64,000 nt of DNA, from positions 103,044,001 to 103,108,000 of the forward strand of contig NC_043003.1 of assembly GCF_006345805.1 (NCBI RefSeq), given 5' to 3'. A program made the position numbers and the translations under genes. Shown piece after piece: positions 25,130-38,205 of the stretch; the first letter of the stretch is position 1; every line of letters begins with the position of its first letter. The notes beneath the pieces were generated by a model. It had not been told where the DNA came from. It saw only the letters and a program-made list of their open reading frames with translations, and did no database searches. The stretch comes from Octopus sinensis (Eukaryota).

Positions 25130-28100
25130 CACATATAAAGCTATTACAGAAGAACCTGAAACACAAAGACACCTCAGGGAGAGAATGGCACTGGAAAAAA
25201 TGAAAATGGAAATAGAACTTCTGAAATTGAGGGCCCAAACGAATGAGGATAAAATAAAATCCACCGATGAAGATATCAACGAAGAAATTCGCAAAATGAC
25301 CCAAGGCCCAGATCAGAGAAGTTCTCCAAACTATGGAAAGAGGACTGTGAAAAAGAAGAACTAAATCTCTCCAACGCTGGGAGAAAAGCGCCACTTGGTT
25401 CTCAGACTATGAAGCCGTCTTTCAAACAGAGCACGCCTCCAACAACCCTTTCCAGAAAATAAGAAAACCAAAACAACACCCAAACACCGATACACACCTG
25501 TCTAAAAATCGGAACCTTCACTACTATCAAAAAAAGAATACAGGACCTAACCCTAACTCTGTAAGCAGCCAGCGATACAATATCAGGAATACCCCACTTC
25601 AAGCAGAGAAGGATAAATCAACACCCACAGCATAGACACTGCAACCTCATCCCCACCCAAAGGAGTTACCAACGAAATCTTCGTCCCATTAACCGGTTAA
25701 ACAACCATGCACAACAAACCCACACCACTTGCAATGATTACCAACGAAGGCCTCCTAGAACACCACACCCGATATGGGATATCGGGATGCTCTCCTCAAT
25801 ACTGCTCCAAGAACACACACCATAAATCACAACAGGAGACCCCTAATCAACAAAGAACAACTATATACTAGCTACCGTCCCAACCACCGCATTCATTTTT
25901 TAGACCCAATACGCAAACACAGAGACACAAGATAGCACCAAACAAGCAGGAGGAACCAAAAGTAATAAAAATTATTAATCTAACTCACAAGGAACTAACA
26001 GCAAACCAAATAAACATACTTTCCAAAGGACTCAAGTTTACACCCACCCCACAAACACCCCAACTACAATGAAATGAAAGAAGACATCGCAGAATTCTGC
26101 AGAAAATTAAGACTTACGGAGCTGAGCTATACGATAAAACAACGAGGACGAATCGTTAGCCAGAAATAGGAGTAACTACACCCCCTCGAAAGGTAAGAAT
26201 AAAACACTTGATGATTTCTGTGACCACATATCAAATTACCCATATCAACATATGCACAAACAAAAACACAAACCAAACTTCAGCAAAAAAGAATGGGCTG
26301 AGTTGAACAAATTAAAACTAGATAAAACAATAACAATCAAAGAGGCCGATAAAGGGAGTGCTGTTGTCTTAATGGATACGACATTTTACATAACTTTGGT
26401 ACTTTCTATGCTGGAAGACACAACATACTATGAAAAGGCACAAAACTACAGTCAACAAAAATAATGAGGGAACTAAAATCCATATTAAACCCATACAAAG
26501 CAGGGCTCACCGACAAAGAATATGATTATATGACCAATTTCACAAGTAAAACTAGCCAATTCTACGGTATACCTAAGATCCACAAAAGTGAAAAAATAAG
26601 CAACGCATGCAAGATAGCTACAGACAAAATAATTAAAGTCCCTAATCCTAATGACCTCAAATTGAGACCCATAATAGCAGGTCCCGCATGAAAACCCACC
26701 GCCTCAGTAACTTTTTAGACAGCCCTGTTAAAACCACTCCTCAAACATGTCAAAAGCTATATAAGGGACGACTTAGATATGCTCAATCACCTACCGAATA
26801 CTATAAACAAAAACACCATACTGGTATCCTTCGATGTAGTCAACCTCTACTCCAATATCCCCCACAACCTAGGACTAGAGGCAATCCAATTCTGGCTAGA
26901 GAATCACGCCAACGAACTACCACACCGCATCAAAAAAGAATTTGTGATAGAAGGGGTAAATTCATCCTGGAAAATAACTTCTTCGCCTTCAATGACAACT
27001 TCTACCGACAAAAATCGGGGACTGCGATGGGTACACGAATGGCCCCCTCCTTTGCCAACCTAGTCATAGGATACCTAGAGATCAGTCTGTATCGTAAGGT
27101 TCTAGAAAGATATGGCAGCCCTTTCTCCATCTACATAGAAAACAACTGGAAGAGATATCTAGATGACTGTTTCATCCTTTGGCATAAAAATATAGAAAAA
27201 CTCATAGAATTCCAGAAAATTTTAAACGGACTGGACGTAAACATCCAATTCACGATGGAATATAGCCAACAACAACTCCCCTTCCTCGATATCCTCATTA
27301 AGAAAGCTAATAATATAATAGAAACAGACATATACTATAAGCCTACAGACTCTAAGCAATATCTTCCATTCAATTCATGCCACCCCAGACACACCAGGAT
27401 GAATATCCCCTTCAATCTAGCAAAAAGGATATGCACTATAGTCTCTAACGCAAACACCAGAGACACACGACTACAAGAACTAAAAGATACCCTAATCACC
27501 AGGAACTATCCACCTTCACTTATTGACAATGCATTCAACGTGCCCTTCAACTTAACATCAAGGAACTGAGACATCCCAAATCAAAGAAAAACTTACAACC
27601 AAAAGCCTTACCATACATCTCCACACACAACCCTCTCAATAACGAAGCCTTCGACACCATCCTCCACAACATACCCCTCCTAAAAAAAGACCACAGAATG
27701 AACACAATCCTCCAAACACACACGATCATAAAAAGCAAAAGACAGCCTAGATCCATGAAAAGTCTCCTACACAAGCCCGAATTCACTCTTCAACACAGAA
27801 GCCGACAGTAAAAAAATGTGGAAGACCCAATTGCGGGATATGCGACTATCTAATCGAGGTTCTGAGTTCTCCTTCAAACAGGGACAACGTTTTACAGTGA
27901 AAAGCAACTTCACATGTGCTTCGGAGAACCTAATATACTCACTAACCTGCTCCGGGTGTCAAGAGCAGTACATAGGCCAAACAAAAAAAAATGGTTTGCG
28001 TAAACGAATGGCCCTGCACAGATCCCAGATAAAAATTCCCCAAAACAGAAAAATAGCTTTTAGCCAACACATAGATACTTGCGCCAACAAAAAAACACCA

Positions 28101-29021
28101 AACTTCAGAATTTTCCCCCTCTACCAATTTAGGGACGATACAACCTCGAGACAACGAATAAGTAAAGAAAATCTCTTTATTACAAAATACAAGCCACTTC
28201 TTAACGGGTCTACGACAAACAATTAATATACCTCAGCTTTAGAATAAAAGAAAAAAATATATATACACACACAAATACTACACTCCATAGAATCCATTAC
28301 TAATCAGCCCCTTCATAGCTATATTTACACCCATTCATATTCTCTTCTCTGTTTTCTTTCTTCTTCTTCTTCTTCTCTTCTTCTTCACCATCATCGTTAT
28401 CATCATCATCGGCATCATCATCATCGCCACCATCATCACCACCATCTTCTTCTCCTCCTTCTTCTCTTCTTCTTCTTCTTCATCATCATCGTTATCATCA
28501 TCATCGTCGTCATAATCATCACCACCATCACCATCATCGTCATCTTCTCCTTCTCCTTCTCTTCTTCTTCTTCTTCTTCTTCTCTCCACCCCTACCCCTT
28601 AAGTTTGTCACTAATGTTTTTTAGTATAACACCTACGCTAATTCTATAAACAAGCCTGTCAATATAAATATTCTCCTGAATTGAACTGAGACTGCCAGCC
28701 GCCACTGACCATTCAAAATACGACCATCAGGGCACTCCCCGATTCTCCCACCCCCCTTTCCTCACCAGCCTTCCCTCTACTACCCTACCAAGAACTCACA
28801 ACTACCTCGAACACACAAGTGCAAACAAGGGAGTCAGAGAAAGGCAGAATGCCACTTAATCTGAACACTACATAGAAATATTCTTTTAAAAAAACTTTTC
28901 TTCTAATTTTTCTAATTTAATTATTAATCGTTACAGTTGAAAAGGTCTCAAAATGACCGAAACCGGTACTGAAATGTTCACTATAAAATTATTTTAGCAT
29001 TTTCTATTTTTTACTTGTTTT

Positions 29022-29027
<6 letters not shown>
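25130..29027 (+). mobile_element. Near full-length Neptune-type Penelope-like element (RT + Cys-rich linker + C-terminal GIY-YIG), frameshifted, flanked by (TA)n
   Basis: LSKGLKFTPTP, IKEADKGSAVVLM, FYGIPKIHK, LRPIIAGP, SFDVVNLYSNIPH, GTAMGTRMAPSFANL, WKRYLDDCF, LPFLD, SCHP, NFTCASENLIYSLTCSGCQEQYIGQT..RKRM..H. Terminal HHR at 28934-28971. Confidence 0.95.
28934..28971 (+). ncRNA. Minimal type I hammerhead ribozyme with U3-A8 core variant
   Basis: cag-TTGAAAA-ggtc tcaaaat gacc-GAAA-ccgg-TA-ctg. Confidence 0.7.
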
Positions 29028-29062
<35 letters not shown>

Positions 29063-29229
29063 CACGCAGGAACACACACATATGCATAACGAGACATAGC
29101 ATCAAATAAATACAAACAACATGTATCCATGTATATAAACACATATATGTACATACACAAATATATGATTATTCATATATACATAGCCATGTACACAGAT
29201 AATTGGACATATATGAGTAAAAATTTAGA

Positions 29230-29630
29230 CACTTTATAAAAATTTTCTAAAGACATATTTAGAATAGTGTGTACAATATGGAACACTCACACGTCTTTCG
29301 TTAAGCAATTTCTTTTTTGATGTTACTATCTGGTATAATTCATCTATACATATGCGTCTAGCGTCATTAAGTTTATACGATGTAGCATGACTGAGTATTT
29401 TCCAATTTATTGTGTATAATTTCCCACTATCCTTCAATTTTCAAATTGACATAAACGAGTTTGGATTATATTTTTTTAGATCTATGGAAATATATTTCGA
29501 TAGTTGTTGATGACACTTAATTATTTTGTCCGTTCTAATATTTCATTGTTTTTAATTGTAATTGATATGTAAATGAATAGTTAACGCTCACGCTCAAAAT
29601 ACACAGAATTTCGTCTATCTTTAAACACGG
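29230..29630 (-). mobile_element. Decayed PLE GIY-YIG fragment
   Basis: ORF 29234-29437: YTINWKILSHATSY..RICIDELYQI..LLNERR..CTH, homologous to 22855-23274. Confidence 0.6.
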
Positions 29631-29656
29631 CCTATAAAGAGAATTATATATAAGGA

Positions 29657-29889
29657 AGGCGGCGAGCTGGCAGAGACGTTAGCACGCCGGGCGAAGAGCT
29701 TCGCGGTATTTCGCCCGCCGCTACGTTCTGAGTTCAAATTCCGCCGAGGTCGACTTTGCCTTTCATCCTTTCAGGGTCGATAAATTAAGTACCAGTTATG
29801 CACTGGTATTTAATATAATCGACTAAATTCGTTTGTCTGTCCTTGTTTGTCCCCTCTGTGTTTAGCTCCTTGTGGGTAGTAAAGAAATA
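29657..29889 (+). mobile_element. tRNA-derived SINE family B with a long target-site duplication
   Basis: aggcggcgagctggcaga..gagttcaaattcc (A/B boxes). tataaagagaattatatataagg is repeated on both sides (~29633-29655 and ~29890-29912). Confidence 0.85.
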
Positions 29890-30162
29890 TATAAAGAGAA
29901 TTATATATAAGGGAAATGTTTATGTATAAAAATAATGCATATAAGTCGAAACAAATTGTTGATATTTGGATGTTTTAATAATCGTTTATGTTATCTTATG
30001 TTATATCATAGATCGGATTGTCAATTCTATCTCACTATTTTATCTTACCTGTGTAATTTGCATTATACCTATATTTATATGTTATTGAACTGACGTACCA
30101 GTGAACTGGATGTTTCACACACACACACACCTGATGGAATTTTTTCCTTAGTTTGTTAATTG

Positions 30163-30205
<43 letters not shown>

Positions 30206-30306
30206 GTGTGTGCGTGCGTGTGTGCGTGTGTGTGCGTGTGCGTGTGTGTGTGTGCATGTATATATATGCATGTATATATATGTGTATATATACATATATA
30301 TGTGAA

Positions 30307-30580
30307 GGTGTATGGCTCAGTGAGTAGAGCGTCGAGCTTATGATCGTGAGGTTGAGAGTTCGCTTCCCGGACCGGGCTGCAAGTTGTGTTCTTGAGCAAG
30401 ACACTTTATTTCACGTTCTCTCAGCTGTAGAAATGAGTTGCAACGTCACTGGTGCCAAGCAGTATCGGCCTTTGCCTTTCCCTTGGGTAACATCAGTGGC
30501 GTGGAAAGGGGAGGCTGGTATGCATGGGTGACTGCTGGTCTTCCATAAGCAGCCTCGCCCGGACTTGTGCCTCGAAGGGT
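30307..30580 (+). mobile_element. tRNA-derived SINE family C
   Basis: tggctcagtgagtagagcg..gagttcgcttcccgg (A/B boxes), then gtgttcttgagcaagacact. Related minus-strand copies at 51790-51990 and 61140-61420. Confidence 0.75.
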
Positions 30581-30589
30581 AAAAAGAAC

Positions 30590-32960
30590 ATATAAAAATT
30601 GGAAAATATTTATATATTCTAAAGTTATAAAGGTATACATATAGACACACATGATCCCTGCTGTACCCTTTCCATGTTACAAAGACCGCACTTGCCACTA
30701 CCGTTGGTATAAGGGTTACACTTGGCTAAGCATTTCCAGTAAATACTGTAGTTGACACCTTGTTCTTTTAAGAACCATATATAACTGGATAATTTAGTAG
30801 CCTTTCGTTTATTCCAATGTCTGAAGCTTAAGGTGTAATTGTTAAATCTAGCTTTAAAATTTCCCTCTGTGAGACCCACATATTACTAGGATGAAACTGT
30901 ATTATTAGCGTTGGTAGAATTTATAGTAGCTTCATAAATAATGACCTCCAGTTAGTGGGCACAGGTCTTTATTCCTGTATGACAGTCGGCTTCGTGGTGT
31001 TGTGTTGTATTGTGTGTGATTATGCTTTTAAAATTTGGGGTAGAACTAAAACTAATTTTTAGGTTATGTCTATTAAAGTTTTCTCTATATTTGTGATGTA
31101 CTGGAAAATGTCTATCTATAAGTGACAAGAAATATTTACCTATATTAAAGGTCACTTCGTGGGAGTAAAGGGGTTTAAACCAGATAATTTTCCTGTGTCT
31201 ATGTTTCCTTTTCTTTATTTCTGGTCTAATATTAGAAGTGTAAACTATTTCCTCTGTAAATCCACTAGCTTTGAGAGCATTGTTATACTGGGGCAGCATT
31301 ATTAAATATGTTTATATTGGAGGAGAGGCTAGAAATTCTCCTAATATTATTAACTAAATTCTTAAACACTATGTGGTGGAGTGACAGAAACCTACATTAA
31401 TATAACTAAGTCTATTCTTGGGCTTTCTATAGGGTTTGTAAATATTCTCTTGCAAATCTAGAGATACGTCAAGGAAATTGACAACCGTCAGGTTGGTATC
31501 TATCGTTTTCTTAAGATCAAATGCTTTCATAAGTTGGATAATATCCTTCCTTAAACGATCTTGCGCTGATCCATTGGTATTCTTAGTTAAAGCTAGATCG
31601 CTGTTCCTATAAATAGCAAAATATACACCAGGAAAGACTTTTCCTAACGTGTCGATCAGGAATAGCCCAATGAGATCACATATGTCTGCTCCAACATATG
31701 ACCCCATGCTCACATCGAAAGAATCCTCTGTGTCTGCTGTTTTGACCCTCTCTGCCTTCTCGCTGAGGAGTAAGGTCTTTCTAGCATGGAGGATTATATC
31801 CTTATCTTGTTCACTAATCTCTGTATAATCGCCTGCAAAAGTGAGAGGTTTTTTTAGAAATAAATGCATAGCAATCTACAATATCGAATTGTGTAAATCT
31901 GGCTTTATTCTTATTTATAATTGCTTTAAACCAGGCGCAGGAGTGGCTGTGTGGTAAGTAGCTTGCTAACCAACCACATGGTTCCGGGTTCAGTCCCACT
32001 GCGTGGCATCTTGGGCAAGTGTCTTCTGCTATAGCCCCGGGCCGACCAATGCCTTGTGAGTGGATTTGGTAGACGGAAACTGAAAGAAGCCTGTCGTATA
32101 TATGTATATATATGTATGTGTGTGTGTGTTTGTGTGTCTGTGTTTGTCCCCCTAGCATTGCTTGACAACCGATGCTGGTGTGTTTACGTCCCCGTCACTT
32201 AGCGGTTCGGCAAAAGAGACCGATAGAATAAGTGCTGGGCTTACAAAGAATAAGTCCCGGGGTCGATTTGCTCGACTAAAGGCGGTGCTCCAGCATGGCC
32301 GCAGTCAAATGACTGAAACAAGTAAAAGAGTAAAAGAGTTAACAACTTCTATATTATTGGACCATTGCTGCCTCTTTAACTTTAACATTACTTATCTTTT
32401 TAAATATCTTACTAATTATACCAATTTCTGATATTGTAGGGTTAATTACTCTGCATTTACCATCAGGTAAGAAGTTATTTTTATGCTTCTTAATAGTTAC
32501 AAAGACCTCTTTTTTTTAGAAGGATTACTATTTTTATCTAATTTAAACCTAGTGGCGATGACACTAGCTTCTTTATTAATGTCCTTATAAACTTGCGGTC
32601 TAGCCTTACGTAGCAGTTGTATGTGCTGTTGTCTACAACGTATAAGTTCTTTGTTTTATTAGAAAAAAGTGCCGTTTTGGAGGAATCTTTTATGTTTTTA
32701 ACGTCTTTTTTCGGTTTCTGTTAAAAAGTGTTAAAGGACTTACGAAATTTGGTCTTGTTTATAAGCTTCAGTAGATCTGTTTTGAAGTCTTCTAAGTCCT
32801 TGATTTTGGGAGGGAATTTCTTTGATTTAATTTCATGGTATATGTTCTCCGTGATAGACTCTTCCTTGTTTTAATGGAAGGCATTCAATCTCATACGTTT
32901 GATAAGATCAGTAATTTTTTCCAATAGATTTTTAAAGTATAGTTCCTTGGATGGTGTAGG
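30590..32960 (-). mobile_element. Decayed Penelope-like element (RT + GIY-YIG), interrupted by SINE A at 31933-32338
   Basis: FTQFDIVDCY, FDVSMGSYVGADICDLIG, VVNFLDVSLDL..YKPYRKP, RKIIWFKP, GLTEGNFKARFNN..ATKLSSYIW..CGLC. Confidence 0.9.
31933..32338 (+). mobile_element. Full-length tRNA-derived SINE family A
   Basis: ggcgcaggagtggctgtgtggtaag (A box), gggttcagtccc (B box), internal (TG)n, tail gtaaaagagtaaaagag. It splits the PLE reading EVVN|WFKAI. Confidence 0.9.
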
Positions 32961-32984
32961 TTGTTTATAAATTATCTTTACAAT

Positions 32985-33715
32985 TTATTGTATTTTCATG
33001 TTGATGAATAGATGATAGTCAGTTGGGGCTAAATCAGGAGAATAGGGAGAGTGATCAACTAGATTAAATCCACGGTCATGCACAGCAACCACTGAAACTA
33101 AGAACTTGTGTGCTAGAGCATTGTCCTGATGAGACAAAAGCCCTTTCGTCAGTTTTCCTGGACGTTTGGTCTTAATAGAATTTCGTAACTGCTTCAGCAA
33201 GTTGGCATAGTACTCTATATTGATGGTGTGGCGGTCCTTTTGAAGATAATAATCACAAAAATCAATAATAACAATAATCTTTTTCATCCCCCAAAACTGA
33301 TGCCGTTACTTTCCTGCAGATGAAACGACTTTGGCAGGTTAAGAGAGGTGTTTTCACTGCATGGATTGCCTCTTTGTCTTTGGCTCAAAGTGATGAGGCC
33401 AACACTAATTCTGGATTAGGAAACGTTCAAGGAAACCAGCTGGAGCTCTCTCAAACAATGTCAGATTCTCCTGTGGTGTGATCAGCCTGGTGCGTCTTTG
33501 ATCAGGTGTCAGATGTGACACCCACCGAGCAGAAAGCTTCGTCATGCCAAGTCCATTTTGCAGAATATTCTCAACTCTCTCACGGGATATAATAGCATTG
33601 GCTATTTCATTTATAGTCATCCATGCGGTAAACACTTTAAATGTTTTCAGTGGTGAAAATTGTAGGACGTCCAGACCTTGTGTCATCTTCAAGATTATCC
33701 CTTACCCTCCTAAGT
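32985..33715 (-). mobile_element. Decayed mariner transposase
   Basis: LGMTKLSARWVSHLT (WVPHEL-like), HQDNA.AH, HSPYSPDLAPTDYHLF. Confidence 0.9.
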
Positions 33716-33729
33716 TCAGAGTGACTACC

Positions 33730-34330
33730 TGTAACTGTTCAGCAGCATATTGCTGGACTATTTAGAGGAAAGGTGGACAAGAAGTGTGGGCATGGACAAC
33801 ATCCTTGAAACACGGTGAAATCGCAGTTAACTCACACAGAATGAGGCGTCCTTGCGAACATTATGAGCAAATCTACAAAAGATATGTGACCAGAACTAAA
33901 TGGTGTTCCTACAAACTTTGTTGCCTGCCAAACTTGTTTATTTCTCTTTGGTACTTGAAGCGAGTTTGAAGAATTTTTAGCTTTGTGAACAAGATAGTGG
34001 TAGCACTACCTTTGGACATTATAGAGTATAGGGCTCATGACTCTGATGAATGCAAGAATGTTTTTGGTCACGAAGGCATACTCACGACAACCGCGATATA
34101 TCGAATGTATATCTGGTTTCGATACGATGATAATCTTTTTGGATCAGTCCAAAGCGCTCGATAGAGTCGACCATCTGATGGCTGTGCTCAGCTAGTTTCG
34201 GTCCGATATTTAAGGGTTTTATCAAGAATTTCATAGTAAAGTGGTATCCGCTCGACTGCAATGGTGGTAAATGATCACAAAATGGAAACGCTTGGTATAG
34301 AGCGCTTGTTTCTTTAAGAGTATCCTTCTT
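33730..34330 (+). mobile_element. Decayed L1/Tx1-like RT fragment
   Basis: Plus strand near 34125-34180 reads IIFLDQSKALDRVDH. Confidence 0.5.
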
Positions 34331-34971
34331 ATGCCCTTCTGTCTTGGTTTTGTATGAAATAGTTTGCCTAACTATATGAAAACCTTTGTAACCAATAAAA
34401 GGATTCATTTGAGCGAAAGAGAGAATGCCATGAAGTTCTTTCTTCCAGTTCTTTAAGTTCTGGTTCCGAATCCTGCCGAGGTGAACTTTGCCTTTCATCT
34501 TTTCGGAATCGATAAAATAAAGTACCAGCCCGCCACTTTTATTGCTCGTAACATTAACACAAAACAAGAAATGTTGCGGGAAAACCACAACAATTATAAG
34601 CTACACTTCCCAGTGATTTTTTTCCTCAGCATCAAGTTAGTAGATTCGTTGTCATAGAAGCAGTGAGGATGTTGTTGCGGTTTACGGCTATACAAAACAT
34701 TGCATTTGACTCCACAATTCGAGAATGAGAAACCTCTTTGAAGTCGACCGACGCAACATACAGAAAAGTCTGCCATCATTTGCGGATTTTCATTATCATT
34801 GCAATGAGTATATTGTCTTTGGTGCATTCTGAGTATTAGCTGCATTGCTTTTGTTCAACAGACAACAGTTTATTTTACCTCATATGTTTCCATATTTTCT
34901 CAGTTAAAATACTCATCAGTAATTTCCACAGCAAACAATCGAAGCTATAATCTTCTATTGCATGGTTTTTT

Positions 34972-35041
34972 TCGTTATGGTGTAGTGGTTAAGAGCGCGG
35001 GCTACTAACCCCAAGATTCCGAGTTCGATTCCAGGCAGTGA

Positions 35042-35100
<59 letters not shown>

Positions 35101-35315
35101 GCAACAACAACAACAACAACAACAATAATAACACCGAAAAATACCTTAGGAATGAGAACCCAGGTTCGAAATTTCCCCAAGACACCTGATGAAGGCTGGA
35201 GGGTATATCAGCCGAAACGTTGTGTTAAGAACAAACAAGATGAGGACAAATATACGTCAAATGTAAATAATGCAAATAATGTACATAATTCCTCATCTCT
35301 TAAATATAGAACTGT
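34972..35315 (+). mobile_element. SINE-like element: tRNA-like head + (AAT)n + hammerhead-containing tail
   Basis: Head 34972-35043 with A box tggtgtagtgg and B box gagttcgattcc. (AAT/AAC)n at 35046-35131. HHR at 35182-35225. Confidence 0.8.
35182..35225 (+). ncRNA. Minimal type I hammerhead ribozyme, intact core, GUU site
   Basis: acac-CTGATGA-a-ggctg(gagggtatat)cagcc-GAAA-cg-TT-gtgt. Confidence 0.85.
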
Positions 35316-36099
35316 ATCTCAGTAATGTTTGCAGTTTAACATTCTCTAATACACCGTCAAATTTTCATGATATAGCTACGAATTTGTCAATTTATCTCAA
35401 ATAAAATGGCTTCATACCTTTTGAATTAGATTTTTTTAGTCACTTCAAAATATTTCCCTTTTCATCTTCTAAATTTTCAGTTATAACAGCTTTTTCCCTG
35501 GCCATATCATTTGCATAAGTTTTCCGTAGAATATGAAGTGACAACAATTCCATCTCCATCGTTTATATTGTTCGTGCCTCTTCCGTTTCCCTATCAACTT
35601 CTTTTCATTTCATCCAATCCATACCCTTTCCAGTTAACCCTTCAATCTCATTCGTTCCATGATCGACTCCCATCGCCTCATCATTGTTTTGTCTTTGTAT
35701 GATTTCTATTTCAACAAGTGTTAGCCAACTTGGTTCATTAACCTATTTTCTATCAACTCAAACATAGCATTGTTTTTCAAGTGCGTGAGCGTCCTTCCTC
35801 CGGCACCGCTGCCTTCTACACTCTAAGCTTCCGAATTTCATTCCATTAAAACTATATCATCCACTCGTAGCACTTTACTGAAGTCGAGCAGTTATTGAAT
35901 GACGGTCGGGTAGTGTTTGCTCTTGCGCAGTATACCCGTAAAACGCGTCAATTTCCCCGGCGGTGCCCTCACCATTTATATCGCTATTGTTCAGTAGTTC
36001 ATTGTTAAGCATCGTATATCAATTACTTACTTCATGATGCCACCTCATCCTGAGATCATGGAGCCACTGAAAATGTTTGCCGTAGCTGAAAACTTCAAC

Positions 36100-37440
36100 A
36101 TCCTCAGTGTTAATGACACACAGAACACACAAATTTAATGGAGAACAATATGGGTACAAACTAGAAGAAAAATATTATCTGTTTTTCATGGAAGAACAAG
36201 ATATATTTTCAAAGTCAGAAAAAGTGAACAATTTACTTATTAAGACAGTTACGATGTGCGACCATGAAACTGGAATAGAGTTTAGCGAAGCAAAATGTGC
36301 GATTTTAGTTGTGAATAGAAGCAAAAGAGCTAATTTTAAGGGAATAGTTTTATTGGAATAACGGAATTTTAGAACCTGAAAACAAAGTATGAAAGTATCT
36401 CGGTATACAGGGTTCGATGACAGACATATAAGGAAATGAAAGAAAAAATTACAGCATATTTTAATGGATTAAAGTTTGTGCTGGGGTCCAAATTTGATTT
36501 AACAAATTAATAAATGCGATAACCGCACGGGTAGCTGCTGTCGTGCGTTATAGTGCTGGAATAGTGAGTTGGACAAAAGATAAAATAGCTGCATTAGGCA
36601 GAAATATGAGAAAGACTTTAAATGTTAACCATGTATACATGATACGGAATGTTGAAAGGAGAGGTCTTGTGTGAAAGAAAAGCAAAGATATGTAAACCTC
36701 GTATAAACCTAGCAAAAGGAAGATTAACTACTTAAACATGCTCTAATAGAATTGAGACTCACCAGTATTTAACTTGAAGAGTAGAAATGTATAACAAAAT
36801 AGCATGATTTATGAAAGAAAGAGAGAACTAGAAGAAATGCAGTTACACGGATAGTTCCACAGATACACCAAGAGTGAGAAAACTCATTAACCATCGTAGG
36901 CATGGATTTGGAAGGAAGAATTAAAGAGAGAAATAGCAAGTTTTGCTGGTTGTAGTTGAAGATCAAACATTGAATTCTAATTCAGGGAATGAGAATATTT
37001 ATTGTACTACTTCAACAAATAATTGCAGTCTGTTAGGGCTGAATGGAAAATATTGATCATAATGCAGCACGTTGTAAAATGTGGGCTCAGAAAACAATTC
37101 GAACAATGGGATGATATTGGGTGTGTCTCAGTTTCACTGGTCTCTTCGTAAAAAAGTGGATAAACACTTTAGATGCGTGGTATAACCATGTACCAGAAAA
37201 GGATCTAAAGGAAATTGGAAGCCTTTAGCTTCCGGACTGATCGAATAATTGAACACTGCCAAGCAGACATCATTATACACGATATACAGAAAAACAATAT
37301 AAGAATTCCTTGTAATACACATTGTAAACCATTGCAGGCAAGGAAATGAAAAACAAAAAATATCCAAATATGTTGTTGACTTGAAAGTAAAGGTATCAAA
37401 AATATGAAGATACCAAGTAGAGAAAGTGAAAGTCCTACAA
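36100..37440 (+). mobile_element. Old decayed R4/Dong-like LINE (RT C-terminus to RLE)
   Basis: YLFFMEEQDIFSKSE..TGIEFSEAKCAIL (decayed 'HLLFMDDLKL..GMEFG..KCA'), followed by AIT..AAVVRYSAGIVSW and WYNHVPEK. Confidence 0.7.
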
Positions 37441-37490
37441 GCTATTATCCCGCAAAGATTTTCCGTTTCCCTCCGATTAATATATATATA

Positions 37491-37565
<75 letters not shown>

Positions 37566-37653
37566 GTTGCGGTTTTAAACTCAACCTGTCTGTAAGAGAT
37601 TTTATCTCGGACGAATATCGCAGTATCATTTCTGTCGACAGTGTATATAAGCT

Positions 37654-37984
37654 ATCTTTTATGTTTTATCTTTTACTTATTTCGGTCATTTTGTCTGCGA
37701 CCATGGTGGGGCACCGCCTTGAAGGCTTTTAATCGAACAAATCAGCCCCAGGAGTTACTTTTTAAAGGTTAGTACTTATTCTATCGGTATTTTACCGAAC
37801 CGCTAAGTTACGAGGATGTGAACACACCAACACCGGTTTCAAGTGGTGTAGAGTGAAAAACACAGGCAGCACGACACACACATACATACAGACATACATA
37901 CATACAGACAGACAGACAGACAGACAGACAGATAGATAAATAGATAGATAGGTAGGTATATATATTCATAAATACATACATATA

Positions 37985-38046
<62 letters not shown>

Positions 38047-38205
38047 ACGGGCTTCTTTAAGTTTCCATCCACTAAATCGACCCACAAGGCTTTGGTCGAC
38101 CTGAGACTAATAGTAAGTAGAAGACATTTAACGAAAGTGTCGTGCAGTGGGACTGAACTCGGAACCATGTGGTTGGGAAGCAAACTTTTTACCACACAAC
38201 ACATA
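37654..38205 (-). mobile_element. SINE family A, diverged full-length copy
   Basis: Reverse-complement match to 31933-32338. Confidence 0.85.

Noticed and set aside
26686-26700. TGA at a probable Cys position in the PLE RT (possible selenocysteine, as reported for some PLEs)
   Set aside because: It coincides with a 1-nt frameshift, so a simple deletion in a TGY codon explains it. No SECIS was identified.
34972-35043. Functional tRNA gene (Ser-like ACT anticodon)
   Set aside because: The acceptor and T stems pair poorly, there is no long variable arm, and no T-run terminator follows. Treated as a SINE head.
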